Source: Cyanobacteria bacterium P01_A01_bin.123
Lineage (GTDB): Bacteria; Cyanobacteriota; Cyanobacteriia; Phormidesmidales; Phormidesmidaceae
Reading direction: 5' to 3'
NCBI GenBank assembly: GCA_039815185.1
Contig: JBCBZT010000037.1
Span: 22,072 to 86,071 of the forward strand
Length of the DNA stretch: 64,000 bases
Position 1 is the first letter of the stretch. Every line of letters begins with the position of its first letter. A model generated the notes under the pieces. It had not been told where the DNA came from. It saw nothing but the letters and a program-made list of their open reading frames with translations, and ran no database searches. The position numbers and the translations under genes were made by a program. Below, in pieces: positions 19,182-28,880 of this stretch.

Positions 19182-20144
19182 CTACTCCCCATCTCCCCCT
19201 GCCTCCCGCCTAACTTGAATCAACTCTGCACAGATACTGACGGCAATCTCCCCTGGCGTTAATGCGCCAATCTGAAGGCCGATTGGCGCATGCAGACTAT
19301 CTAACTGGGCATCTGATATGCCTTGCTCCCGCAGCGATCGCAGTACAATTTGAACCCGCTTTTGAGAGCCAATCATGCCGATGTAGCGACAGGCGATGTT
19401 CTGCTCAAGAATGCTGGCTAAGGCAGCTAGATCGAAAGGATATCCCCGCGTGACTAATGCCACATACAGTGCTGGATATTGACTGACTTGTTGCAGTACC
19501 TGGTCAATGGCGGTGGTAAAGATGAAGTTGGCTTGCGGATAGAGATCAGGATTGGCAAACTGCGATCGCTCATCTTGAATCGCAATTTGAAATCCGGCTA
19601 GGTGCGCGACCTTTGCCAGGGCTTCGCCGACATGTCCTGCCCCTACGATCAACAGCAGCGGCGGCGGCGTCAAACATTCAATCAAGGCTGTCGGGGTGAG
19701 TTGTCTGTTAACTGCCACCCGCACCGCTGGCCCCATGATTGGCGTCTCTTCAGTTGAGAATGGCGTAATGAGTTGAAGGCTTTGCCCCTTTTGAAGCGCT
19801 AGCACAATTGATTCAGCTAAATTGAGCGCCTCAGGGCCTGACCAGCGTTCTAACCAAAGGCTCATTTGACCGCCACAAATGCCTTCTTTTAAGGCGTTAA
19901 CCTCTCCGGTTAAGTCGATATGAGCCCGTTGTTTTTGGCCCGTTTCTAGTAGCGATCGCCCCTGTGCAATCATTTTGGCTTCACCTGCACCGCCACCGAT
20001 GGTGTCAAAGATCCAGTCTGCCCCAATCAGCATTTTCGCCCCGACTTCTCTGGGAACGGAGCCCTTGGTCTCGATGACAGTAGCGATAACGACGGGTTGC
20101 GATCGCAGCTTTTCAGCCAATTTTTGATAGAGGGCAATGGTCAT
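19182..20144 (-). CDS. xdhC: XdhC/CoxI molybdenum cofactor sulfuration/insertion chaperone
   Basis: GSVPREVGAKM, TIGGG, ICGG, GAGHV, YIGMIGS, APIGL.IGA.TP.EIAVSI.AEL. Confidence 0.92.
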   Translation of the reverse strand: MTIALYQKLAEKLRSQPVVIATVIETKGSVPREVGAKMLIGADWIFDTIGGGAGEAKMIAQGRSLLETGQKQRAHIDLTGEVNALKEGICGGQMSLWLERWSGPEALNLAESIVLALQKGQSLQLITPFSTEETPIMGPAVRVAVNRQLTPTALIECLTPPPLLLIVGAGHVGEALAKVAHLAGFQIAIQDERSQFANPDLYPQANFIFTTAIDQVLQQVSQYPALYVALVTRGYPFDLAALASILEQNIACRYIGMIGSQKRVQIVLRSLREQGISDAQLDSLHAPIGLQIGALTPGEIAVSICAELIQVRREAGGDGE

Positions 20145-20214
20145 GGACAGGAGCTTTGCAAGTTAAAGATCAGCAGTTGGGGTGCAAACTCAGCAAGACC
20201 GAAGCCACCATGCA

Positions 20215-20622
20215 CTAGCCATTCTCCACCCAGTTTTCAAGCACGATGCCAGGGTAAACGCGAAAATCGTCGAGATTGTTCGTGACCAGTGTCAAATTTA
20301 GACTTTTGGCATGACTAGCAATCAACTTATCTAGTGCATCCCGCCGTCGTTCCGGGGCGGCAGATCTAACCAATGCATACGCCTTAGCTGCCAATTGCTC
20401 AAAGGGAAGCGCTGGAATAATTTTGAGCAACGCATCTAAAGCCAGGCGATTCTGCTTCTGCGTTACTGCACTACTTTTGTAAACGCCATACTCCAACTCG
20501 GCCAGGGTAATTGCTGAAATGACAACTTCCCCCTGGCGACATTCGGCAAAACGACGAGCGACGGAGGGCGGCTGTTGCTTAATGATGTAAATACAGATGT
20601 TCGTATCGAGCATGTATTTCAA
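20215..20622 (-). CDS. vapC: VapC PIN-domain toxin
   Basis: YMLDTNICIY, ISAITLAEL, DKLIASHA, LVTNN; 4-bp overlap with vapB. Confidence 0.93.
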   Translation of the reverse strand: MKYMLDTNICIYIIKQQPPSVARRFAECRQGEVVISAITLAELEYGVYKSSAVTQKQNRLALDALLKIIPALPFEQLAAKAYALVRSAAPERRRDALDKLIASHAKSLNLTLVTNNLDDFRVYPGIVLENWVENG

Positions 20623-20852
20623 AGCGCTTCTCGCTCCTGGGTCGTCTGTTCTGGGCGCCCCTCAGCCATGAAATCATCAGAAAAGGCTGCAAACAGCTCT
20701 AAAACATTGGTGAGAGGAGTCCCTATGGGGGTAATGATCAAGCGATCGCCCTGGCGCTCAATTTCATACTCGATATCTAATTGCTCGAACTGTAACTCTT
20801 TCGGAATTCGAACAGCTTGTGAATTACCACTTTGAAAAACACGAGTACGCAT
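20619..20852 (-). CDS. vapB: VapB/VagC AbrB-type antitoxin
   Basis: RVFQSGNSQAVRIPKE, SDDFM...QERE. Confidence 0.93.
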   Translation of the reverse strand: MRTRVFQSGNSQAVRIPKELQFEQLDIEYEIERQGDRLIITPIGTPLTNVLELFAAFSDDFMAEGRPEQTTQEREAL

Positions 20853-20873
20853 AAGTTCACATCAACAAAAATC

Positions 20874-20890
20874 GTATATACAGTATATAC
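20874..20890. promoter_or_regulatory. probable vapBC autoregulatory operator
   Basis: GTATATAC-A-GTATATAC palindrome 22 bp upstream of vapB. Confidence 0.6.
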
Positions 20891-20972
20891 ATTCACTATC
20901 ATGATGTGGGACATTAGCCGTGATTAATTCAAGATCGTTAGAAGTCACCATCGAGGAATCATAAGAAATCAG

Positions 20973-21009
20973 AAAAAATGGCCGTTTAGCCCCATCAAAG
21001 CTAAACGGC
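20973..21009 (-). terminator. rho-independent terminator after the ABC binding-protein gene
   Basis: GCCGTTTAGC/GCTAAACGGC stem followed on the minus strand by a T-run. Confidence 0.75.
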
Positions 21010-21045
21010 AAAAAACTTTGCAAAGATAGGGGCAAAATTCCTTAT

Positions 21046-21891
21046 CTAGAAAGCAGGCAAAGGCGGTAGAGGTTCACCCAACCACGTTTGAGAAAAGTCA
21101 TCTAACTCACCCCCCAAACGCTTGTGGTAAATAAAGGTATTGACCCACTGCAACAGGTCAACTTCACCCCGGCGCAAACCAATATGGGCCGGAGATTCTT
21201 TGATAATAAATTTACTCTCAATATTTTTATCGGGATTATTTTGTGCTAGCTCAGCTGCCACAACATTACCTGTAGCGATCATATCAACTTGACCAGAAAT
21301 TAAAGACGACGCGGTCAAGCTATTATCGGCAAAGCGTTCAATCTCAACATCATCAGAGACCGCATCAGTGAGTTCAAGATCTTCTAACGTACCCTGGGTA
21401 ACGCCGATTTTATAACCGCCCAGATCTGCGAACTCGCTCACATCAGAAATCTCTGTCGGCCCGTAAAGCCCAGAGAAGAAGGGTGCATAGGGAATCGAGA
21501 AGAAAATTGACTTAGCCCGCTCAGGATTGGCTCCCATACTGGAGATCACCAAATCGGCTTTGTTGGTTTGTAAAAAAGGAATGCGATTATCGCTGGTCAC
21601 TGGCACCAACTCCAATTCGACACCCAGATCTTCTGCCAGTAGTGTCGCGACATCAATATCATATCCCTCTAAATTGCCGCTGGCATCAACTGAACCGAAG
21701 GGGGCAAAATCCTGGGGCACAGCAATTTTGATGGTGCCTACTTCAATAATGTTATCTAAACTAGAGACCACTACTTCATCTTGTGCTGTAACGCTGGGCG
21801 TACCGCCGCCATTAACACAAGCAACCGCAACTAACGAAAAGATACAGGCAAAACAAGCGATTAAAACGGTCTGTAACCACTTCTTTGGCAT
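21046..21891 (-). CDS. polar amino acid-type ABC transporter substrate-binding lipoprotein (SBP_bac_3)
   Basis: Lipobox-like VAVAC, DFAPFG, GYDIDVA, NRIPFLQT, ERAK.I.FS.PY; start uncertain (21891-21918). Confidence 0.9.
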   Translation of the reverse strand: MPKKWLQTVLIACFACIFSLVAVACVNGGGTPSVTAQDEVVVSSLDNIIEVGTIKIAVPQDFAPFGSVDASGNLEGYDIDVATLLAEDLGVELELVPVTSDNRIPFLQTNKADLVISSMGANPERAKSIFFSIPYAPFFSGLYGPTEISDVSEFADLGGYKIGVTQGTLEDLELTDAVSDDVEIERFADNSLTASSLISGQVDMIATGNVVAAELAQNNPDKNIESKFIIKESPAHIGLRRGEVDLLQWVNTFIYHKRLGGELDDFSQTWLGEPLPPLPAF

Positions 21892-21975
21892 TGAAATACG
21901 CATAGATACTATCCTCATTGAATATGCTCAAATTAACAGGCATCGGGTTGATCGAAGTATCCGAGAATACATTTT

Positions 21976-22623
21976 TTATTGCCGCGCTAAGACTTTTTCC
22001 AATTTTCGGCTCCAGGCAGAGATGGGAAAGCAGATTCCAAAATAAATCACCGCAGTCAAAAAGTAGACAAAGAAGGGCTGAAAAGTGACATTAGTGATGT
22101 TGGTGGCAGAACGAGCTAGCTCGACAAAACCAATGGCAGAAGCCAAAGAAGTTCCCTTAATCACCTGGGCTAAGAAACCAACCGTGGGAGCGATCGCCAG
22201 CCGTAGCGCTTGGGGCAAAATAACCAGTCCCAATTGTTGAAAATAGTTGAGACTCAAGGATTTAGAAGCTTCCCACTGACCTCGAGGAATAGCTTCTACG
22301 GCCCCACGCCAAATGTCGCCTAGAAAGGCACTCGTAAAAGTCGTTAAGGCAATAGTGGCCGATGTCCAGGGGCTGAGTTCTATCCCTAAAATACTCAAAC
22401 CAAAGAAGGCCAGAAGAAATTGAATTAACAGCGGCGTACCCTGGACAATTTCTGTATATAGCCAACTCAAATATTTAATCGGTTTAAACTTCGAAATTCT
22501 CATCAAGAGCAACAAACCGCCTGCAATACCACCACAAACAAAGGCGACAGCAGACAACAAGAGCGTCCAGCGGGTAGCCCACAAGAGCGTATATAGAATT
22601 TCGAGATGGCTAAAATCTCTCAT
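21976..22623 (-). CDS. amino acid-type ABC transporter permease
   Basis: QGTPLLIQ, GQWEASKSL EAA loop, IKGTSLAS. Confidence 0.92.
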   Translation of the reverse strand: MRDFSHLEILYTLLWATRWTLLLSAVAFVCGGIAGGLLLLMRISKFKPIKYLSWLYTEIVQGTPLLIQFLLAFFGLSILGIELSPWTSATIALTTFTSAFLGDIWRGAVEAIPRGQWEASKSLSLNYFQQLGLVILPQALRLAIAPTVGFLAQVIKGTSLASAIGFVELARSATNITNVTFQPFFVYFLTAVIYFGICFPISAWSRKLEKVLARQ

Positions 22624-22627
22624 GGAC

Positions 22628-23299
22628 TTAAATGTAACGGGTGAATTTAAACAATTGCTTGTGGAGTAGGTGGGCAATCAACTTAAAACTGAGGGCCAGC
22701 AGAATATAAATTAGGGCGATCGCCAAATAAATTTCAAAATCACGGAAGGTCCGCGATCGCAGAAAATTGCCCACAAAGGTGAGTTCTTCAGCCGAAATTT
22801 GAGAGACGATACTTGACAGCAGCATCAGCAAAATAACCTGGCTGGTAAGTGCTGGGTAAATAGTGGCAATCGCAGGTTTTAAGACCACCAAACGGAAAAC
22901 CTGGAGGGGCTTGAGTCCCAAAGATAAGCCTGCTTCGATTTGGTTTGGGTCAATCCCTTGAATGCCGGCTCGAATAATTTCAGTGGCGTAGGCGCCAAAG
23001 TTAAGCACTAGGGCAAGCAGCGCAGCTTGGTCAGACCCTAACTTTGGTCCCAAACTAGAAATACCGAAAAAGATAAAGAGTAGCTGGACTAAGAAAGGGG
23101 TATTTCGAATCGCCTCAACGTAGGCAGTTGCAACCGTAGTCAAAAATCGATTTTTAGACGTCCGGCACAGGGCTCCCACCACACCGACGAGCAACCCGAT
23201 CAAGGTTGCCAACACCGACAGACGTAGGGTGAGCCACACGCCATTGAGCAGCAAATCCCAATTATCCCAAATAACTTGAAACTGAAATCGATAGGTCAT
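22628..23299 (-). CDS. amino acid-type ABC transporter permease
   Basis: YVEAIRNTPFLVQL, AYATEIIRAGI, QIEAGLSLG. Confidence 0.92.
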   Translation of the reverse strand: MTYRFQFQVIWDNWDLLLNGVWLTLRLSVLATLIGLLVGVVGALCRTSKNRFLTTVATAYVEAIRNTPFLVQLLFIFFGISSLGPKLGSDQAALLALVLNFGAYATEIIRAGIQGIDPNQIEAGLSLGLKPLQVFRLVVLKPAIATIYPALTSQVILLMLLSSIVSQISAEELTFVGNFLRSRTFRDFEIYLAIALIYILLALSFKLIAHLLHKQLFKFTRYI

Positions 23300-23317
23300 C
23301 TTTGGTGTAGAGATGCA

Positions 23318-25639
23318 TCAAGTTTCTACTGAGATGGGATGGACACATCTAGCTGCTTCAATCGCGCTCAAAGTTGCTTCCGGGGTGGCTGGAGAGGCTA
23401 AGGGCACCCAGTTTGTGTTGCCAAATGTGATCGCCGCCTCCCTCACAGCCTGTCGCACAGCCAAAGCCAACAACAGCGGCGGTTCCCCCACGGCTTTACT
23501 GCCATAGATAGTGCCGTCTTGAGAGGCACGGGTGAGCAGATGAACATTAAACTGTTCCGGGATTTCGCTAATGGTGGGGATTTTGTAGGTGCTGGGCGCA
23601 GTCACCAGGGGACGGCCATCCTCGGCCCAGACCAGTTCTTCCATCGTCAGCCAGCCCATGCCTTGGGTAAAGGCCCCCTCAATTTGGCCCTGATCGACCA
23701 GGGGATTGAGCGACTCGCCTACATCGTGGACAATATCCACCCGGCGCAGTTTGAAGGTGCCGGTAAAGCCATCGACCTCAACCTCGCTGACCGCTGCACT
23801 ATAGACAAAATAGTAGAAGGGGCGACCCTGGCCTGTCTCTTTGTCAAAATAGATATTGGGAGTGCGGTAGTAGCCCGTCGCCGAGAGACTGACGCGCCGG
23901 TTATAAGCTTCTTGCACCACCGCATCAAAGCTGACCCGGCACTCTGGATGCCCGGCGCAGTAAACCCAATCTTCGGCGAACACCAATTCTTCTGGGGCGT
24001 ACAGATCCAACATACGGGCGGCGACTCGGCTGAGCCGTTCTTTAATGCATTCGCAGGCATCTTTAACCGCCTGACCATTCAGGTCTGAGCCACTGGAGGC
24101 GGCTGTGGCTGAGGTATTCGGCACCTTGTCGGTACTGGTTGGCATCATCCGAAATCGATTCAGGTTAACGCCCAGCGACCGGGCGGCCACCTGCAACATT
24201 TTGGTGTGGAGCCCCTGGCCCATTTCGGTGCCCCCATGGTTGAGCTGAATGCTGCCATCTAGATAGATCAGGATCAGCGCCCCGGCCTGGTTTGGGGTTT
24301 GGGAGGTGAAGGAAATGCCAAATTTAATCGGGCAGATGGAAATGCCCCGCTTTTGGTAGGGATGCATGGCATTAAACTGCTCGACCTCTGCCCGCCGGGC
24401 GTCAAAATTGGCAACTGATTTCAGCTCATCCCAAACCCGCTGAATCCGATTATCGCGGACGTCCTGGCCGTAGTGGGTGGTGTTGGTTTCGCCTGAACCT
24501 CGATAAAAGTTCCGTTCTCGCACAATGTGGGGTGGCAGGTTCAGCGTGTGGGCCACTCGCTCGACAATCTCTTCCATCACGAAAATACCCTGGGGGGAGC
24601 CAAACCCGCGAAAGGCGGTGTTGGAGACTTTGTGGGTTTTCACAACCCGCCCCCGAACCGCAAAGTCGGGTACGTAGTAGGTGTTGTCAATGCGTAGGAC
24701 AGCGGCCTGCACCACCAGGGGCGACAGATCCGTACTCCACCCACCATCAGCGAACAGATCAACATCGACGGCTGTGATCACCCCAGTTTGGGTAAAACCC
24801 ACCTGATACTGGGCCAAGAAATTATGCCGCTTGCCAGTGATGGTCATGTCTTGCTGGCGGTTGAGTCTGACTCTGACCGGACACCCGGTTTTTTGCACCG
24901 CGATCGCTGCCGCTGCCGCCATCAAATTCGCCTGGGTTTCTTTGCCGCCAAAACCGCCCCCCATACGCAGACAAGTCACCACCACATGGCTGCGGGGAAT
25001 GCCGAGGACGTGGGCGATCGCAGTCTGAGTTTCGGTTGGGTGCTGGGTCCCGGCATAGACCTGATAGTTGCCGTCAGGGGCTGGAATAACCCAGCTAGCC
25101 TGGGTTTCAAGATAGAAATGATCCTGCCCGCCCAGCGTCACTTCGCCGCTCAGTCGGTTTTCCGCTGCATCCAGTGCAGTTAGGGGATAGCCTCGCTGCA
25201 CCGATTGAGTCCCCCCGTGGAAACTTTGCTGGTCAATGGCGACGTGCAAATCGAGGAGTGGGGCTAGCGGCTCATACTCGATCTGCACCTGTAAAGCTCC
25301 CAACCGAGCCGCTTCTTCGGTTTCGCCCACCACCCAGGCCACGGCTTGCCCCCAATAGCTCACTGTATCGACGGGCAGGAGTTCCTCATCTTCTACCATC
25401 GAGCCAATGTTGTTGACGCCAGTGATATCGGCAGCCGTAACCGTGGTGATCACACCGGGTACCGAGTGAGCGGCGGACACATCCAGCTGCAAAATCCGGG
25501 CGTGGGCATGGGGAGCCTGGACGGGCCACAGGTGGAGCATGCCCGTCAGCAGTCGTTGATCATCGGTGTAGACCGCCTGCCCGGTGACATGGCCAATGGC
25601 GCTCTCGTGACTTTGTCTTTTTCCAACAACTTTATCCAT
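23318..25639 (-). CDS. xdhB: xanthine dehydrogenase family molybdopterin subunit (atypical active site)
   Basis: HESA..HVTG.A.YTDD, HFYLE, MGGGFGGKE, AFRGFG, GGTEMGQG, ATAASSGSD, SKAVGEPP; overlaps the xdhA stop. Confidence 0.93.
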   Translation of the reverse strand: MDKVVGKRQSHESAIGHVTGQAVYTDDQRLLTGMLHLWPVQAPHAHARILQLDVSAAHSVPGVITTVTAADITGVNNIGSMVEDEELLPVDTVSYWGQAVAWVVGETEEAARLGALQVQIEYEPLAPLLDLHVAIDQQSFHGGTQSVQRGYPLTALDAAENRLSGEVTLGGQDHFYLETQASWVIPAPDGNYQVYAGTQHPTETQTAIAHVLGIPRSHVVVTCLRMGGGFGGKETQANLMAAAAAIAVQKTGCPVRVRLNRQQDMTITGKRHNFLAQYQVGFTQTGVITAVDVDLFADGGWSTDLSPLVVQAAVLRIDNTYYVPDFAVRGRVVKTHKVSNTAFRGFGSPQGIFVMEEIVERVAHTLNLPPHIVRERNFYRGSGETNTTHYGQDVRDNRIQRVWDELKSVANFDARRAEVEQFNAMHPYQKRGISICPIKFGISFTSQTPNQAGALILIYLDGSIQLNHGGTEMGQGLHTKMLQVAARSLGVNLNRFRMMPTSTDKVPNTSATAASSGSDLNGQAVKDACECIKERLSRVAARMLDLYAPEELVFAEDWVYCAGHPECRVSFDAVVQEAYNRRVSLSATGYYRTPNIYFDKETGQGRPFYYFVYSAAVSEVEVDGFTGTFKLRRVDIVHDVGESLNPLVDQGQIEGAFTQGMGWLTMEELVWAEDGRPLVTAPSTYKIPTISEIPEQFNVHLLTRASQDGTIYGSKAVGEPPLLLALAVRQAVREAAITFGNTNWVPLASPATPEATLSAIEAARCVHPISVET

Positions 25640-27035
25640 CGCTAAATTCAACAAAAAACTTCTCAAACAAATTAGCCACCAGTCGATTGCGATAGTCTGC
25701 ACTGGCACGGAGGTCAGATAGCGGCGTAAATGTACTGAGGAGCTGCGGTTTCACAGCCTGCACCGTTTCCAGCGTCCACGGTTGCCCCACCAGCATTTCT
25801 TCAATCGCGATCGCCCGAATTGGCGTCGCCGCCACCCCGCCATAGGCTAACCGGGCCAGCACAATGGTGCGGTGCTCATCCAAGTCAATCGTGAAGGTGG
25901 CGGCGACGATACTGATGTCATCCGTCCCCCGCTTACCCACTTTGTAGGATTGGCTCAGCCGTCGAGTCGCTCCCGGTGCGATCGCTTTGAGAATCGTCAC
26001 TGTGACAATCACCTCGTCCGGTCGGCGGATGGTTTGACGATAGCCGGTGAAAAAGTCTGCGATCGCCACTGTTCTGGTTCCAGCCGGACTCGCTAACATC
26101 AGCGTGGCATCCAACGCCAGCAAAACCGGGGGTAAATCGCCAATCGGAGAAGCCGTGCCGATATTGCCACCCAGCGTGGCGCGATTCCGCACCTGGCGCG
26201 CTGCGAACCAGTGCAGCATCTCATCTAAAGCAGGGAAAGCCCCTTGGAGAGAGACTTTGAAGTGGCTGAGCGGGACGGCTGCACCAATGGTCACCTGAGA
26301 ATCGGTTTGCCTCAAAACTCGCAGCTCTTGAACCGCTTCCAGAGAGATCAAAACCGGATACTGTTGACGCCGATGGGTGAGTTCTAAGCCTAGATCCGTC
26401 GCGCCTGCCACCAGGGTTGCATCGGGATGCGTTTGCATCAGTGCCAACACATCACTCAACTGGGTGGGGCGATAAAACTGCTGCCCGTTGCCTTGATATT
26501 CCAGCGCTGGGAGGGGGTCAACCTCGGCCTGTTCTAACTGCGCCTGAAACGGATCTTGCGGATCGGGCAGGGACAAACTTGCCAACGCTCGGCGGATCGG
26601 CAAATACCCCGTGCAGCGACAGAGATTGCCCTCAACCGCTAAATCATCTGGGTTGCCATCGTAATAGGCGGCAAACATGCTCATGATGAAGCCGGGGGTG
26701 CAGTAGCCACATTGGGAACCGCCCAGTTCAACCATTTTTTCCTGCACGGGATGCAGCTTGCCGTTGGCCACCCCTTCAACGGTGATAATCTGCCGACCCG
26801 CTACGGATCCTAGAGGGATCAGACAGCTATTCATGGCTTGATAATGTAGGCCACCATCCGCGCGATCGCCTACCACCACGACAGTGCAAGCCCCGCAGTC
26901 ACCATCGGCGCAACCTTCCTTAGTGCCGACCCGTCCGCTTTGACGCAGGTACTCTAGCAAGGTGAGGGTGGGGGAAATGTTCTCAAGCCGAGTCTGCTCT
27001 CCGTTGATGGTTAGGGTTAAGGGCATGTTGAGCAT
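25632..27035 (-). CDS. xdhA: xanthine dehydrogenase small subunit (2x[2Fe-2S] + FAD)
   Basis: GTKEGCADGDCGAC, QCGYCTPGF, GNLCRCTGY, AGATDL, QVRNRATLGGN, KR..DDIS. Confidence 0.94.
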   Translation of the reverse strand: MLNMPLTLTINGEQTRLENISPTLTLLEYLRQSGRVGTKEGCADGDCGACTVVVVGDRADGGLHYQAMNSCLIPLGSVAGRQIITVEGVANGKLHPVQEKMVELGGSQCGYCTPGFIMSMFAAYYDGNPDDLAVEGNLCRCTGYLPIRRALASLSLPDPQDPFQAQLEQAEVDPLPALEYQGNGQQFYRPTQLSDVLALMQTHPDATLVAGATDLGLELTHRRQQYPVLISLEAVQELRVLRQTDSQVTIGAAVPLSHFKVSLQGAFPALDEMLHWFAARQVRNRATLGGNIGTASPIGDLPPVLLALDATLMLASPAGTRTVAIADFFTGYRQTIRRPDEVIVTVTILKAIAPGATRRLSQSYKVGKRGTDDISIVAATFTIDLDEHRTIVLARLAYGGVAATPIRAIAIEEMLVGQPWTLETVQAVKPQLLSTFTPLSDLRASADYRNRLVANLFEKFFVEFSDG

Positions 27036-27084
27036 TCACTGCCATTGGGCTAAAGGGATCAGGCGATAAAATCAAGCTTCTCGA

Positions 27085-27246
27085 AGTCCCCAGCCCCCAA
27101 TCCAGGTGGAGCAAGCACTCAAAGCCCTCAGAATTCAGGGGTTGGAGGCCTCCGAAATTGTTGCCATACTACCGATATCGCGAAACATTTAATTGTCCAG
27201 CGTGAGCAAGAACTCAAAGCCTCCAATTCTCGAGGCTTGGGGGCTT
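27085..27246. repeat. degenerate short dispersed cyanobacterial repeats (CCCCCAATT...GGGGG type)
   Basis: AAAGCCCTCAGAATTCAGGGGTTGGAGGC and AAAGCCTCCAATTCTCGAGGCTTGGGGGC; related copy near 60296-60325. Confidence 0.4.
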
Positions 27247-27268
27247 CACCCACCGTCTCAACTGCTGC

Positions 27269-28702
27269 TTACCCAAAGCGGACGGTGGTAAACACGAATC
27301 TGCCAATGAAAATGGCGGCGAGAATCCAGGTGATGACGGAGACTTCACGGGCGCGGCCACTGACGGCTTTCGCAAAGGGATAGAGAATCATACCCGCAGA
27401 GAGCCCGGCGGCGATGGAAAAGCCGAGGGGAATAAAGAAGATGGTGACAAAAGCAGGAATCGCTTCGGTCAGGTCGCCCCAGCGAATGCTGGAGACGCTG
27501 GACATCATCAACACACCGACAATTAACAGGGCAGGGGCGGTGGCAAAGGCGGGAATGGCTTCAAAAATGGGCACAAATAGCAGCGCCAGGACAAACATCC
27601 CGGCAGCAACCACAGCGGTGAGTCCAGTGCGGCCCCCTTCCGCGACACCAGAGGCGGATTCGGCAAAGGTGGTGACGGTGGAAGTGCCCATGACGGCCCC
27701 GGCTGTAGTAGCGATCGCATCGGCAGACAATGCCTGATTAGCCCGGGGCAATTCGCCGTTGTCGTCGATATAGCCCGCCTGGGTACCGACGCCCATCAGG
27801 GTGCCAATCGTGTCGAACATGTCCACAAATAAGAAGACCAGCAGAATCGCCAGGAAATCAATAATATTGCTGCCGTTGATGCCGCTGAACCCGACAAATG
27901 CCTGACCAAATAAATTAGCGGGAAACACCGGAATCGCAATAATCCCGCTGGGGGCATTGGCAACCCCAAAGATCCAGCCCAGGATGGCGGTTCCAGCAAT
28001 GCCCCAGAGCAGTGCCCCTTTGATCCGCCGGATCATGAACATGGCGGAAATAAAAATACCGAAGGTGGCCAGCAGTGTAGCGGGTTCTCGAAAACTGCCG
28101 AAGGTGGTTTTGGTGACTTCGCTGGCGACGATCAGCCCAGCGCCGCCAACCTCAGTGGCACCGCTGAGGCCGATGTAAGCCAGGAACATGCCAATGCCGA
28201 CGGTGGTTGAGGCTTTGATACAGGCGGGCACGGCTGCAATCAGGTGACGGCGGACATCAGTGACGGTCAAGGCAATGAAGATCAGCCCCTCAATGAGGAC
28301 ACAGGCCAAGGCGACCCGCCAGTCAATGCCCAAACCCAACACAACGGAATAGGCAAAGAAAGCGTTGGTGCCCATGCCGGGGGCAAGGACGAAGGGATAT
28401 TTGGCGTAGAGACCCATGACCAGGGTGCCGATAGCGGCGGTCACGCCTGTAACCACGACCAGTTCTCGAAATAGGTCGCCGGACTCGTTTAAAAACACCG
28501 CGTCTGACATGATCAGCGGATGCACGACGAGGACGTAGGCCATGGTCATGAAGGTGGTTAACCCGGCCAGGATCTCGGTGCGGAAGTTGGTTTTGTAGTA
28601 GTCGAAGTTGAAATATTCAGCCACCTTCGCCTGCCAGCCGGAATAGGGCGGTGGGGAAGCGCCGGGGGGTTTTTGTTCAAGTTTGATCGGACTGTGACTC
28701 AT
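27269..28702 (-). CDS. NCS2/AzgA-family purine permease
   Basis: TEILAGLTTFMTMAY, APGMG.NAFF, DMFDTIGTL, ESASGVAEGGRTGLTA, ATAPAL. Confidence 0.94.
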   Translation of the reverse strand: MSHSPIKLEQKPPGASPPPYSGWQAKVAEYFNFDYYKTNFRTEILAGLTTFMTMAYVLVVHPLIMSDAVFLNESGDLFRELVVVTGVTAAIGTLVMGLYAKYPFVLAPGMGTNAFFAYSVVLGLGIDWRVALACVLIEGLIFIALTVTDVRRHLIAAVPACIKASTTVGIGMFLAYIGLSGATEVGGAGLIVASEVTKTTFGSFREPATLLATFGIFISAMFMIRRIKGALLWGIAGTAILGWIFGVANAPSGIIAIPVFPANLFGQAFVGFSGINGSNIIDFLAILLVFLFVDMFDTIGTLMGVGTQAGYIDDNGELPRANQALSADAIATTAGAVMGTSTVTTFAESASGVAEGGRTGLTAVVAAGMFVLALLFVPIFEAIPAFATAPALLIVGVLMMSSVSSIRWGDLTEAIPAFVTIFFIPLGFSIAAGLSAGMILYPFAKAVSGRAREVSVITWILAAIFIGRFVFTTVRFG

Positions 28703-28806
28703 ACAGCATGCTCCAGAAAACGGTTGTGCCCGATAGCCTCGATCTCGTGCTTAGAGACAGCCACGATCGTGGGCTGACGGGGAGAGATGGGCCGCTGGGC
28801 TAGTTT

Positions 28807-28821
28807 TGCATACTGTATACA
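28807..28821. promoter_or_regulatory. putative GntR operator next to a minus-strand -10 box
   Basis: TGCATAC-TGTATAC-A; minus-strand TAAAAT lies 5 nt upstream. Confidence 0.62.
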
Positions 28822-28880
28822 ATCAGATTTTAAGGCGTTGTCGTAGAGGCTACCATTCTCTATCCGTGCCACATAAAACG

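Noticed and set aside
20874..20890. GTATATAC palindrome as a fifth GntR operator
   Set aside because: 8-bp core with 9-bp spacing differs from the 7-bp TGTATAC period and fits VapB autoregulation better
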